This document shows positions 1-7,699 of a stretch of DNA of 24,000 nt, piece after piece (position 1 is the first letter of the stretch; each line of letters starts with the position of its first letter). Location: contig DVMR01000065.1 in assembly GCA_018714845.1 (NCBI GenBank), positions 1 through 24,000 on the forward strand, given 5' to 3'. The notes below the pieces were generated by a model, which saw only the letters and a list, made by a program, of their open reading frames with translations, did not search any database and was not told the origin of the DNA. The position numbers were made by a program, and so were the translations under genes. The stretch comes from Candidatus Ventrousia excrementavium. Lineage in GTDB: Bacteria; Bacillota; Clostridia; Oscillospirales; Butyricicoccaceae.

Positions 1-509
1 ATCACCACTACCCACTGTTCGCGCTGGCGCAGGCGGACGAACTCATACCTTTCCATACTGATTGGCTCAAGCAGCAGACCGATGTCGGTCAAGCCGCGGT
101 CCATGCGGTCCTTGATATGGTCGGCTGTGCCAGTGTACAGGTCGAAAGACACCGCCGGATAGCGGGCATGAAAGGATTCGAACAGCCGGGGCAGAATCTG
201 AACAGCCGCCAGGTCTCCGCAGCCCACCGATACAGTTCCCTCGACCGTCTCGTCCTGCTCGGTCAGCTCTTTTTCGGTTTTGTCGACCAGCTCGAGGATT
301 TCTTCAGCCCGGCGGCGCAGCAGAAGGCCTTCGTTGGTCAGGACGATTTTTCGTGTCCCGCGGACAAACAGCTTGACGCCGAGGTCATCCTCCATCTGCG
401 CAATCTGACGGCTCAGAGTAGGTTGTGTGATGTGCAGGACTTCAGCGGCCTTGGTAATGCTTTCTTCACGCGCGACAGCTAGAAAATATCGAAGGACTCT
501 TGTTTCCAT
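1..509 (-). CDS. LysR-family transcriptional regulator (N-terminal about 170 aa; C-terminus runs off the left window edge)
   Basis: Absent from the ORF track because it is open at the edge. Reverse complement from ATG 509..507 reads METRVLRYFLAVAREESITKAAEVLHITQPTLSRQIAQMEDDLGVKLFVRGTRKIVLTNEGLLL..., a typical LysR winged-HTH, followed by the start of a LysR effector domain. GGAGGTG Shine-Dalgarno at 515..521 (minus), 5 nt from the ATG. Confidence 0.85.
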   Translation of the reverse strand, partial: METRVLRYFLAVAREESITKAAEVLHITQPTLSRQIAQMEDDLGVKLFVRGTRKIVLTNEGLLLRRRAEEILELVDKTEKELTEQDETVEGTVSVGCGDLAAVQILPRLFESFHARYPAVSFDLYTGTADHIKDRMDRGLTDIGLLLEPISMERYEFVRLRQREQWVVV

Positions 510-530
510 ATCGGCACCTCCTGTGGCGCC

Positions 531-559
531 ATTTTAACATATTCATGCCCGTAAAGCAA
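531..559 (-). promoter_or_regulatory. Candidate sigma-A promoter for the left-edge LysR gene
   Basis: On the minus strand: TTGCTT (554..559), 17-nt spacer ending in TGt, then TAAAAT (531..536). This is an extended -10 form lying about 20 nt upstream of the SD. Confidence 0.45.
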
Positions 560-733
560 TGAAAAATATTAAAATGGCGGACAGGGCATAGAGATGCCAG
601 CCAGTCCGGCGCGGCCGGAACCGGATTGCCGACATTGTCAAGATACAGGTATTTGTCAATAGCGGGACGGGATTTGACCGGCAGCACCTGGTGGCCAATG
701 CAGCCAGTCGTCCGGTTTGCAGCCATTCCCGCC

Positions 734-762
734 TTGCCTTATGGCGGCAGGGATGGTACAAT
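734..762 (+). promoter_or_regulatory. Candidate sigma-A promoter for the 68-aa ORF / DUF3810 pair
   Basis: TTGCCT (734..739), 17-nt spacer, TGgTACAAT (754..762, extended -10). Lies about 20 nt upstream of the GGGAGG SD at 782..787. Confidence 0.5.
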
Positions 763-796
763 AAAAGCATTACACCTACCAGGGAGGCATCATGCT

Positions 797-1003
797 ATGG
801 ACGAAGCTCGCAGGGGGATTAACCCCTTTTTTATTGGTGCGGAGTTTTTGGAATACTGCATCCGCAAGGGATATCTCGAGTTTGTGCTCGACGACGAGAA
901 AAGGGTTCACTATTATGTCACAGAGGACGGAATGCGCGAGCTGACCGGAACATTTGGCTTTAACCTGCAAAAACCGTGCGCCTATGAACACGACGCCGAC
1001 TAA
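797..1003 (+). CDS. Small hypothetical protein (68 aa)
   Basis: Internal ATG at 797 of track ORF 626..1003, preceded by SD GGGAGG (782..787). Product MDEARRGINPFFIGAEFLEYCIRKGYLEFVLDDEKRVHYYVTEDGMRELTGTFGFNLQKPCAYEHDAD. I recognise no family. Its 3' end overlaps the next gene. Confidence 0.45.
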   Translation: MDEARRGINPFFIGAEFLEYCIRKGYLEFVLDDEKRVHYYVTEDGMRELTGTFGFNLQKPCAYEHDAD

Positions 1004-2090
1004 AGAGCGGCGGCGCCTGGGGCCCTGCCGGCGCCTGCTGCTGTGCGCGGCCGAACTTCTGGCGCTTTGCGGGCTTATCCGTCTGCTGTGCGCCCGTTCT
1101 GCGGCGGTTCTCGGCTTCTTTCGGGCGCTGGCGCTGCGGCTGTCCGCGCTGTGGGGCGGGCTGTGGGGGCTGTTTCCCTTTACGATGGCCGAGGTGCTGC
1201 TGGTGCTCGCGCTGCCCGGACTTTTATGCCTGCTCATCATCCCGACGGTGCGCCGCGGGCGCCGTGGCTTTGCGCGGGCGCTGTCGGCGCTGGCGGTTGT
1301 GCTTTCTTCTCTGCTGCTGGCCTTTCAGCTGCTGTTCGGCGTACACTATCAGGCCCCGCCTCTGTCACAGCAGCTGGGGCTTGAAGTGCGCGAGTATTCA
1401 GTCAATGAGCTCAAGGTAACAATGCAGTGGCTGCTTGAGCGGGTCAACGAGCTGGCACCGTCAGTGCCCCGGCGTGATGATGGGGCCTGCGACTTTGGCA
1501 CCTTTGATGAGATGACGGCTGCTGTGCGTCAGGGCTATGAGGCGCTGAGCGCTGAAATTCCGCTGTTTGACACCCCGACAAGCAGCCTGACGCCCAAGCC
1601 GGCGCGTCTGCTGTCAGCCGGCATGTCGTACCTTGGCATCACAGGAGTCTATTTTCCCCTGACGGCCGAGCCCATTGTCAGCATCGACAACGTTGATTCG
1701 CACCTGCCGTCGACCATTGCCCATGAATGGGCCCATGCACGCGGCATCGGGCCTGAAGCAGAGTGCAATTTTGCCGCGTTTTTGGCCTGTACAGCAGCCA
1801 GCGACACGCGGACGCAGTATTCCGGTGCCCTGGTCGCGTATATATATGTATCCAATGCACTGTATACATATTCATATGACGACTGGAAGGCTGTTTCAGC
1901 GGGGCTGTGCGAACAGACCCGGCTCGATCTGAGCGTACACAACGCGCACTGGGCGCGGTACGAGACCCCGGTACAGGACGTGGGGACGGCCATCAATGAT
2001 GCGTACATCCGTGCGACCGGCCAGCCGGACGGTGTGCGCAGTTATGGCAAAATGGTCGATTTGCTGATATCATGGCGGTTGAGCCAGTGA
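984..2090 (+). CDS. DUF3810-like integral membrane protein with HExxH zinc-protease-type motif
   Basis: Track ORF 954..2090. N-terminal hydrophobic segments (LLLCAAELLALCGLIRLLC, LFPFTMAEVLLVLALPGLLCLLII, ALAVVLSSLLLAFQLLF) and the motif STIAHEWAHARG (HEWAH). Overall layout matches my memory of the uncharacterised DUF3810 family. Start is ambiguous (TTG 954 or ATG 984) and neither has a good SD, so translation is probably coupled to the upstream small ORF. Confidence 0.7.
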   Translation: MNTTPTKERRRLGPCRRLLLCAAELLALCGLIRLLCARSAAVLGFFRALALRLSALWGGLWGLFPFTMAEVLLVLALPGLLCLLIIPTVRRGRRGFARALSALAVVLSSLLLAFQLLFGVHYQAPPLSQQLGLEVREYSVNELKVTMQWLLERVNELAPSVPRRDDGACDFGTFDEMTAAVRQGYEALSAEIPLFDTPTSSLTPKPARLLSAGMSYLGITGVYFPLTAEPIVSIDNVDSHLPSTIAHEWAHARGIGPEAECNFAAFLACTAASDTRTQYSGALVAYIYVSNALYTYSYDDWKAVSAGLCEQTRLDLSVHNAHWARYETPVQDVGTAINDAYIRATGQPDGVRSYGKMVDLLISWRLSQ

Positions 2091-2121
2091 AAATTTAGGC
2101 AGTATGGAGTTGAATTTGGGG

Positions 2122-2150
2122 TTGCATATTTAACCGCTTCGTCGTATAAT
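2122..2150 (+). promoter_or_regulatory. Candidate sigma-A promoter of the ABC transporter operon
   Basis: TTGCAT (2122..2127), exact 17-nt spacer, consensus TATAAT (2145..2150). Lies about 30 nt upstream of the start codon at 2183. Confidence 0.55.
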
Positions 2151-2182
2151 AATTCCACAACAACAACAAAGGAGCTTTAGAT

Positions 2183-2989
2183 ATGAAAACCCTGAAAAAA
2201 CTGCTTGCCCTGACCATGAGTCTGTGCGTGCTGTTCGCCCTGGGTGCGTGCAGCCAGGATGCCGCCGGCGATGGAGAAAGCGACACGCTGATTCTCGGAA
2301 CATCAGCTGACTATCCACCTTATGAGTTCCACATGCTTGACGAAAACGGCAATGACCAGATTGTCGGCTTCGACATTTCGCTGGCCTACCAGATTGCTGA
2401 GGACATGGGCAAAGAGCTGGTCATTAAGGACATGGCCTTTGAGTTTGTCGAGCAGGAGCTGCAAAATGGCACTGTCGACATTGTTCTGGCCTGTATTGCC
2501 CCGACGCCTGAGCGTCTGGAAATGGAAGATTTCTCGGACATTTACCGTGAGGACCCCGCGCCTATCATGGTCATCCGTGAAGAGGACGCTGATACTTACA
2601 CATCTATCGAGAGCATGGTCGGCAAAATCGTCGGTGTGCAGTCTGCCACCACAAAGAAAGACCTGATTGTCGAAAACATGCCGGATTCTGAGCTTTTGGA
2701 GCTGGCCGGTGTGCCCGATCTCATCAACAACCTGCTGTCTGAAAAGTGCGACGGCGTCTTTCTCGACGGCGGCGTGGCGTTGGGGTACATTGAAAACACC
2801 GATGGCCTGGTAGCTGCCGAAGGCATCGAGATTGGCGAAGGCGACCGCATGGCTGTCGCAGTGCAGAAGGGCGACCCCAAGGGCCTGCTCGATTCCATCA
2901 ACCAGACCATTGCCGAGTGCAAGGAAAACGGCAAGCTTGACGAATGGTATGCCGAGGCGCAGGAGCTGAGCGCTCAGGCCTCTGAATAA
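2183..2989 (+). CDS. Polar amino-acid ABC transporter substrate-binding lipoprotein
   Basis: AAAGGAG SD. Signal peptide with lipobox LFALGAC. Family-3 solute-binding pattern (LILGTSADYPPYEF, GFDISLAYQIAEDMG, DIVLACIAPTPER, VGVQSATT). Followed by permease and ATPase genes. Confidence 0.9.
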   Translation: MKTLKKLLALTMSLCVLFALGACSQDAAGDGESDTLILGTSADYPPYEFHMLDENGNDQIVGFDISLAYQIAEDMGKELVIKDMAFEFVEQELQNGTVDIVLACIAPTPERLEMEDFSDIYREDPAPIMVIREEDADTYTSIESMVGKIVGVQSATTKKDLIVENMPDSELLELAGVPDLINNLLSEKCDGVFLDGGVALGYIENTDGLVAAEGIEIGEGDRMAVAVQKGDPKGLLDSINQTIAECKENGKLDEWYAEAQELSAQASE

Positions 2990-3007
2990 ACCGCAAAACA
3001 ACCATCT

Positions 3008-3031
3008 GCGGGCGGACGGATGTCCGCCCGC
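3008..3031 (+). terminator. Intra-operon GC hairpin (partial terminator or mRNA-stabilising element) after the binding-protein gene
   Basis: GCGGGCGGAC-GGAT-GTCCGCCCGC, a perfect 10-bp stem with a 4-nt loop. It is followed only by a weak T-containing tract (CTTGCCTGCTT). Confidence 0.5.
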
Positions 3032-3064
3032 TTGCCTGCTTAAAAATAGAATGAGGTGACGCCT

Positions 3065-3781
3065 GTGACGCCATTGCTTTTGGCCAACATGTTCGATTTT
3101 TCCTTTTTGCCGCGGTATGCGTCTTATTTTATCCGCGGTGTCGAATACACCCTGATTTTGTCGGCAGCCGCCGTGCTGCTCGCCATTATACCGGCGCTGC
3201 TGCTCGCCCTGATGCGGCTGAGCAAGGTCCGGGTGCTGCGCTGGATTTCGGGCGCGTACATCGCGGTGTTCCGCTCCACGCCCATGCTGGTGCAGCTGTC
3301 TATTGTGTATTTCGGCGTGTTCTATGCCATCAAGCTGCCCTCGTACATGCTGTTTGGGTTTATCAATGTGCAGATGTTCATTCCCGGCGTTGTGGCGCTG
3401 GCGCTCAACAGTGCCGCCTATGTAGCGGAAATTTTCCGCGCCGGCATTTTGGCCGTCGACCAGGGGCAGACCGAAGCGGCGCGCAGCCTGGGCCTGACGC
3501 AGGCCCAGACCATGAAGCTGGTCGTGTTGCCGCAGGCTGTCAAGAACATTCTGCCCACCCTGGCCAACGAGCTGGTCACCATGATTAAGGAGTCGTCCAT
3601 CTGCGGCACCATCATGGGCATTCAGGAGCTGATGTGGGGCGCCAAGACCGTCGCAACCACGACGCACCTGATGATGTCGCCGTATCTGCTGGCAGCAGCT
3701 ATTTACTTCTGCATCAACTTCCCGGCAACCAAAGCTATTGAGGCCTTTGAAAGGAGGATGCGCCGTGGCGACGTCCGCTAA
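3065..3781 (+). CDS. Polar amino-acid ABC transporter permease
   Basis: Track ORF 3056..3781. Multi-span membrane protein with the EAA-type loop [32 protein letters not shown] prefer GTG 3065 (GAGGTGA SD at 3052..3058) as the start. In-frame alternatives are 3056, 3074 and 3089. Confidence 0.88.
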   Translation: MTPLLLANMFDFSFLPRYASYFIRGVEYTLILSAAAVLLAIIPALLLALMRLSKVRVLRWISGAYIAVFRSTPMLVQLSIVYFGVFYAIKLPSYMLFGFINVQMFIPGVVALALNSAAYVAEIFRAGILAVDQGQTEAARSLGLTQAQTMKLVVLPQAVKNILPTLANELVTMIKESSICGTIMGIQELMWGAKTVATTTHLMMSPYLLAAAIYFCINFPATKAIEAFERRMRRGDVR

Positions 3782-4511
3782 ACCGATGATCGAGCTGCGT
3801 GGTGTGACCAAACGGTTCGGCGCAGACATCACCGCTCTGGACCACTGTGACCTGGACATTTTCCCCGGCGAGGTCGTCGTCATTGTCGGCCCTTCGGGCT
3901 CGGGCAAATCGACCCTTTTGCGGTCGCTCAACATGCTGGAAACACCCACTGAAGGCCAGGTCATTTTTGAAGGCGTCGACCTGAGCGACAAGTCAGTCGA
4001 CATCAACCACCACCGTCAGCGTATGGGCATGGTTTTTCAGCACTTCAATCTGTTTCCGCACATGACGGTGCTGAAAAACCTCACGTTGGCTCCTGTGACG
4101 GCCAAAGGAATGGCGCAGGATGAAGCGGAAAAGCTGGCGCGCGAGCTTTTGAAGACCGTGGGCCTGCAGGGCCGTGAGGATGCCTACCCTATCCAGCTTT
4201 CGGGCGGGCAGAAGCAGCGTATTGCCATCGTGCGCGCGCTGTGTATGCAGCCGGACGTCATGCTGTTTGACGAGCCGACCAGTGCCCTGGACCCCGAAAT
4301 GGTCGGCGAGGTACTCGAGGTCATGCGCGGACTGGCAAAGCGCGGCATGACTATGGTGGTCGTCACACACGAGATGGGCTTTGCGCGCGAGGTCGGAACC
4401 CGCGTTATCTTTATGGACGCGGGCAGAATTCTGGTCGACGCGCCGCCGGCTGAGTTTTTCGGCAATCCGGAAAATCCGCGCCTGCGCGAGTTTTTGTCCA
4501 AGGTTTTGTAA
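3765..4511 (+). CDS. Polar amino-acid ABC transporter ATP-binding protein
   Basis: Walker [10 protein letters not shown], signature LSGGQKQR, Walker [13 protein letters not shown]. Start is GTG 3765 behind AGGAGG (3752..3757); ATG 3786 is the alternative. Overlaps the permease 3' end, so translational coupling is likely. Confidence 0.9.
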   Translation: MATSAKPMIELRGVTKRFGADITALDHCDLDIFPGEVVVIVGPSGSGKSTLLRSLNMLETPTEGQVIFEGVDLSDKSVDINHHRQRMGMVFQHFNLFPHMTVLKNLTLAPVTAKGMAQDEAEKLARELLKTVGLQGREDAYPIQLSGGQKQRIAIVRALCMQPDVMLFDEPTSALDPEMVGEVLEVMRGLAKRGMTMVVVTHEMGFAREVGTRVIFMDAGRILVDAPPAEFFGNPENPRLREFLSKVL

Positions 4512-4528
4512 GAATAAAAGCATATGGA

Positions 4529-4554
4529 AAAGCCGCCTCATGCGAGGCGGCTTT
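4529..4554. terminator. Bidirectional rho-independent terminator between convergent genes
   Basis: AAAGCCGCCTC-ATGC-GAGGCGGCTTT. GC-rich stem flanked by an A-run on the left and TTT on the right. Sits between the stops at 4511 (+) and 4560 (-). Confidence 0.7.
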
Positions 4555-4559
4555 CTGCA

Positions 4560-5366
4560 TTACTTCCGGGGACTGAAGCCGTAAAAGTGGATGACATTCA
4601 TGTCTGTGTCCATGTCAAGCCCGTGCGAGCCGCAGCCGCCGTCAATGAGATGGCAGCCGTGGTCGGGCATGAAGCCGTACAGGGTGTTGTGGTGCGGCCA
4701 TTTATCGCGCACCGCGTCGACCAGCCCGCTGTATACGGCGATATTGGCGCGCAGGCGGTCCATGGCCTCGGGTGATTCCGGGCCCGTGCGGTGCATCTGT
4801 GCATCATAATCGGCATTGTACACGACGATGACGTCATGGCGGTCGGCCTCGATGAGTTCGTGCGCTTTGGCGTTGACCTCGTCCACAGTGTCGTAAATAA
4901 AATAATCCATGGAGCGGTTCAAAAAGATGACCGAGATGCTGTCTCCGGCCGTTGAGACAATGGCCAGTTTTTTGCCCGCGGCAATGAGCGCGTCGAACAG
5001 GGTCGGCACAGTGAGAACCGGCTTTTCATAGGCCTGGATGCCATGTACATCAGGTGTTACGCCGGTATACATCGAGGCAAAGCAAACGGGCGTGACCGAC
5101 GGCATGACCGACAGCATGGGAAGAGAAACCGCAGAGCGGCACACGGCGTCGGTAAACAGGTCAGTGTACTTCTGGTACAGCCAGAAAGCGATGGCGTCAG
5201 GGTTGTACAAGAGGGCACGGTCGACCGTGCCGCCGAGCAGACATTGCCGCAGCTGTGTCAGCGCGCCAATCGGGGGCTGCATATCAGCGCGGGGAGCGAC
5301 GCCCAGCGCTTCGAGCACTGACGCGGCAACGCCGGTGATGCAAATGGAATTGTACTGTCCGGCCAA
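4560..5366 (-). CDS. Alkaline-phosphatase superfamily protein (nucleotide pyrophosphatase/phosphodiesterase-like), short form
   Basis: MPSVTPVCFASMYTGVTPDVHGI matches the NPP/AP nucleophile-Thr motif. C-terminal MPDHGCH...GSHG matches the metal-ligand D-H ... H motifs. TTG start at 5366 with AAGGA upstream. Substrate unknown. Confidence 0.65.
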   Translation of the reverse strand: MAGQYNSICITGVAASVLEALGVAPRADMQPPIGALTQLRQCLLGGTVDRALLYNPDAIAFWLYQKYTDLFTDAVCRSAVSLPMLSVMPSVTPVCFASMYTGVTPDVHGIQAYEKPVLTVPTLFDALIAAGKKLAIVSTAGDSISVIFLNRSMDYFIYDTVDEVNAKAHELIEADRHDVIVVYNADYDAQMHRTGPESPEAMDRLRANIAVYSGLVDAVRDKWPHHNTLYGFMPDHGCHLIDGGCGSHGLDMDTDMNVIHFYGFSPRK

Positions 5367-5397
5367 AACTTCACATCCTTTTTACAAAGTTTTATTC

Positions 5398-5426
5398 ATT
5401 GTACATTTTGCCTGCTGCAATGTCAA
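5398..5426 (-). promoter_or_regulatory. Candidate sigma-A promoter for the phosphatase-family gene
   Basis: Minus strand: consensus TTGACA (5421..5426), 17-nt spacer, TACAAT (5398..5403). Confidence 0.55.
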
Positions 5427-5528
5427 GCCTGCGTTAAATTGGATATAGAAAGCATATATAAAGCAGATGACAATTTTGTATAATAGGTGTATACTGTAAA
5501 AAAAGAGCATTATAGGAAGAGTTCCGAT

Positions 5529-7319
5529 ATGTCATATATAGTAGATGCGGCGGCGTGCGGGCTGTATTTTGACAGTATGCCGGTTGCTTTCACCATCATA
5601 GAGATTGTAGTGGATGAAAAGCAGCAGCCGATTGATTTTATTTTTCGGTATGCCAATGCAGCGTTGGCGAGGCTCGAAGGCAAAATGCTGCACGAGCTGA
5701 TCGATAAACGCTTTTATCGGGACGTCTTTCCGCAGGACAACGATAAAAAGTGTCTGCCGCACTACTTTCGGTCTGCCTTTCACAGGCAGGTGTGTCAGTT
5801 GAATGAATACAGCCGTGAAGCAAGTAAGCATCTGCGGATCATCTCATATCCGTGGCGCCAGCCGGGTTTCTGTGCGTGTATTTTGATTGACGAAACCGAG
5901 CAGAAGCGGCGATGGGATGAGTTGGGACACAGGGCGGCATTTGACTCACTGACCCGTACACTCAACCAGAACAGCTATCATGAATATTGTGAGGATTATC
6001 GCCCCGGAGCAAGCGCAGGCGTTGTCTTTATAGATGTCAACGGCCTGAAAGAATACAACGACAGTTTTGGCCATCCGGCGGGAGATCGATTGATTCAAAC
6101 AGTAACAGGCCGCATAGGGGCCGTTTTGATGAATCGCCCGCATCTGGTTTTCCGTGTAGGCGGGGATGAATTTGCCATTATTATGGAGGGTTGCACTGAG
6201 GAGCAGACATGTATGACGGCTCTGGAGCTGCGGCGGGCATTTGTCAATGACGGTAATCCCGATCTTCCGCCCACACTGGCTGCAGTTGGGTACAGCTGGG
6301 GCGAGAATGTGCAGAATATCGACGAGCTGCTCAAACGGGCGGATGCTGCAATGTATGCTAATAAGCAGGACCATTACAAGCGAAAGAATGAGGTGCAGGC
6401 GAGCGACTGGCAACGTGCACTGCCCCGCATCCGCAACATGATTGACCATAAAATGATTGAAAACGAGAACCACAGCGCGCATCAGATGTGGAAAGAAAGC
6501 TATCGGATTGGCGTGGACCGCATTGATGCACAGCATATGGAGCTGTTCCGCATGACGGACGAGCTTTTGATGGCAGTCACTGTCAATGCGGGCGCAGAGG
6601 TTTACAGAAAAATTCTTGGATTTTTAAAGGAATATGTGGTTTATCACTTCCGGGATGAGGAAGCGTATCAGCAATCTATTGGTTATGCTGGGTTTGAAGC
6701 ACATCAGCGCGAGCATCAGCAATTTACACAGACAGTGCTGGCGTATGAAAAAAAGCTGATTGCCAGTCACTTTGCCCTGAGTGACGTTAAGGATCTGGCC
6801 GGAACAGTTGTTGCCTGGCTGGTATATCATGTCACTGACGCGGACCAGCGAATTGTGTCTGGACAGACCGAGCTGCGGCCGCAGCAGAAGAACTGGCAGG
6901 ATATTTTTGTTGAAAGTGCAGCTGCTGTGGTAAAAAAAGTGTCAGGTTTGGACAACGGCCGGGTGTGTATTCATGAAGTGTCCGGGCGTCCTGTGCAGGG
7001 AGATGTGCTGCTGAAAGTGAGCATCAGCGGCGATGTAAGCGGGATGGTTTATTTCGGTGTGTCAAAGGCGCTGGCATTGAATGTGCTCAGTCAGCTGACC
7101 ATGCGCAGACTGAACGATGTGGAGGAGATGGTGTGCTCGGCCATCTGTGAGTTTACGGAAATTGCCTGCAGCCGTGCGATCAGGCTGCTTGAGATGCAGG
7201 GGGTGCACTGCAGAACCGGGACTCCCGTCAGACTGACGAGTCCTGCGCCGGAAGGTCTGCACGTCATGGTAGTCGAGATTGAGGCCGGGACACTTGATGT
7301 TGCAGTTGAGGAAGCCTGA
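5529..7319 (+). CDS. Multidomain diguanylate cyclase: PAS-like / GGDEF / bacteriohemerythrin / CheX-like
   Basis: ATG 5529 behind AGGAAGAG; the track start at 5487 has no SD. PAS-like N-terminus (MPVAFTIIEIVVDEKQQPIDFIFRYANAALARLEG...). GGDEF domain at about 5938..6380 with an intact motif RVGGDEFAI (GGDEF codons 6159..6173). Hemerythrin domain at about 6488..6855 with all ligand motifs (IDAQH, HFRDEE, HQREH, YHVTDAD). C-terminal roughly 140 aa (6891..7316) shows the CheC/CheX pattern ISGDVSGMVYFGVS ... SAICEFTEIACSRAIRLLEMQGVHCRTGTP. Confidence 0.85.
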   Translation: MSYIVDAAACGLYFDSMPVAFTIIEIVVDEKQQPIDFIFRYANAALARLEGKMLHELIDKRFYRDVFPQDNDKKCLPHYFRSAFHRQVCQLNEYSREASKHLRIISYPWRQPGFCACILIDETEQKRRWDELGHRAAFDSLTRTLNQNSYHEYCEDYRPGASAGVVFIDVNGLKEYNDSFGHPAGDRLIQTVTGRIGAVLMNRPHLVFRVGGDEFAIIMEGCTEEQTCMTALELRRAFVNDGNPDLPPTLAAVGYSWGENVQNIDELLKRADAAMYANKQDHYKRKNEVQASDWQRALPRIRNMIDHKMIENENHSAHQMWKESYRIGVDRIDAQHMELFRMTDELLMAVTVNAGAEVYRKILGFLKEYVVYHFRDEEAYQQSIGYAGFEAHQREHQQFTQTVLAYEKKLIASHFALSDVKDLAGTVVAWLVYHVTDADQRIVSGQTELRPQQKNWQDIFVESAAAVVKKVSGLDNGRVCIHEVSGRPVQGDVLLKVSISGDVSGMVYFGVSKALALNVLSQLTMRRLNDVEEMVCSAICEFTEIACSRAIRLLEMQGVHCRTGTPVRLTSPAPEGLHVMVVEIEAGTLDVAVEEA

Positions 7320-7328
7320 ACAGAAAAA

Positions 7329-7352
7329 AGAGCGCGGCTGTTGCCGCGCTCT
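7329..7352. terminator. Hairpin terminator between convergent genes (stronger on the minus strand)
   Basis: AGAGCGCGGC-TGTT-GCCGCGCTCT. Read on the minus strand it is followed by TTTTTTCTG (A-run 7323..7328 on plus). On the plus strand only TCGTCTAT follows. Confidence 0.7.
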
Positions 7353-7373
7353 TCGTCTATCAGGGGAATCTGA

Positions 7374-7571
7374 TTACTTCAGGTTGTTTTCGTACGACTC
7401 GATCATCTTCTTGACCATCTGGCCGCCGATGCTGCCGGCCTGGCGGGAAGTCAGCTCGCCGTTATAGCCGTTGGTCAGGTTGACGCCGACTTCGCGGGCA
7501 GCTTCCATTTTGAACTTATCCATAGCGGCACGGGCTTCAGGAACATTGATCTTGCTGCGATTGCTAGACAT
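7374..7571 (-). CDS. Alpha/beta-type small acid-soluble spore protein (SASP)
   Basis: MSSNRSKINVPEARAAMDKFKMEAAREVGVNLTNGYNGELTSRQAGSIGGQMVKKMIESYENNLK. Shows the conserved SASP blocks KxExAxExGV and TSRxxGSxGGxM, including the GPR-type cleavage context MEAARE. ATG 7571 lies behind AAAGGAG; the track start at 7595 is upstream of the SD. Confidence 0.9.
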   Translation of the reverse strand: MSSNRSKINVPEARAAMDKFKMEAAREVGVNLTNGYNGELTSRQAGSIGGQMVKKMIESYENNLK

Positions 7572-7699
7572 TATGATGTTCTCCTTTAATTTCAAATGTT
7601 AGCCATCGTCGGGCAGGAGCGGGCTTTCCGGCGGATTTGGTCGGGCTGTCCGCTCCTGTCAGCTGATGGTGTTCTTAGTATGGCGGGCCAGCGGTTTTT

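Noticed and set aside
466-1240. ORFs 466..726 (-), 543..770 (-), 626..796 (+, the upstream part) and 776..1240 (-)
   Set aside because: They cross promoter and intergenic sequence or run antisense to the DUF3810 gene. They have no SDs and give R/S/P-rich translations. Only the 797..1003 portion has a credible initiation signal.
2303-4006. 567-aa minus-strand ORF spanning the ABC transporter genes
   Set aside because: It is antisense to three genes with clear family motifs. Its translation is low-complexity (R/H/Q/G/A-rich), has no SD and shows no recognisable domains. This is a typical high-GC shadow ORF.
5487-5528. Track start (GTG 5487) for the GGDEF fusion gene
   Set aside because: It has no SD and overlaps the putative -10 region (TATAAT 5479..5484). 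ATG 5529 follows AGGAAGAG at a suitable distance.
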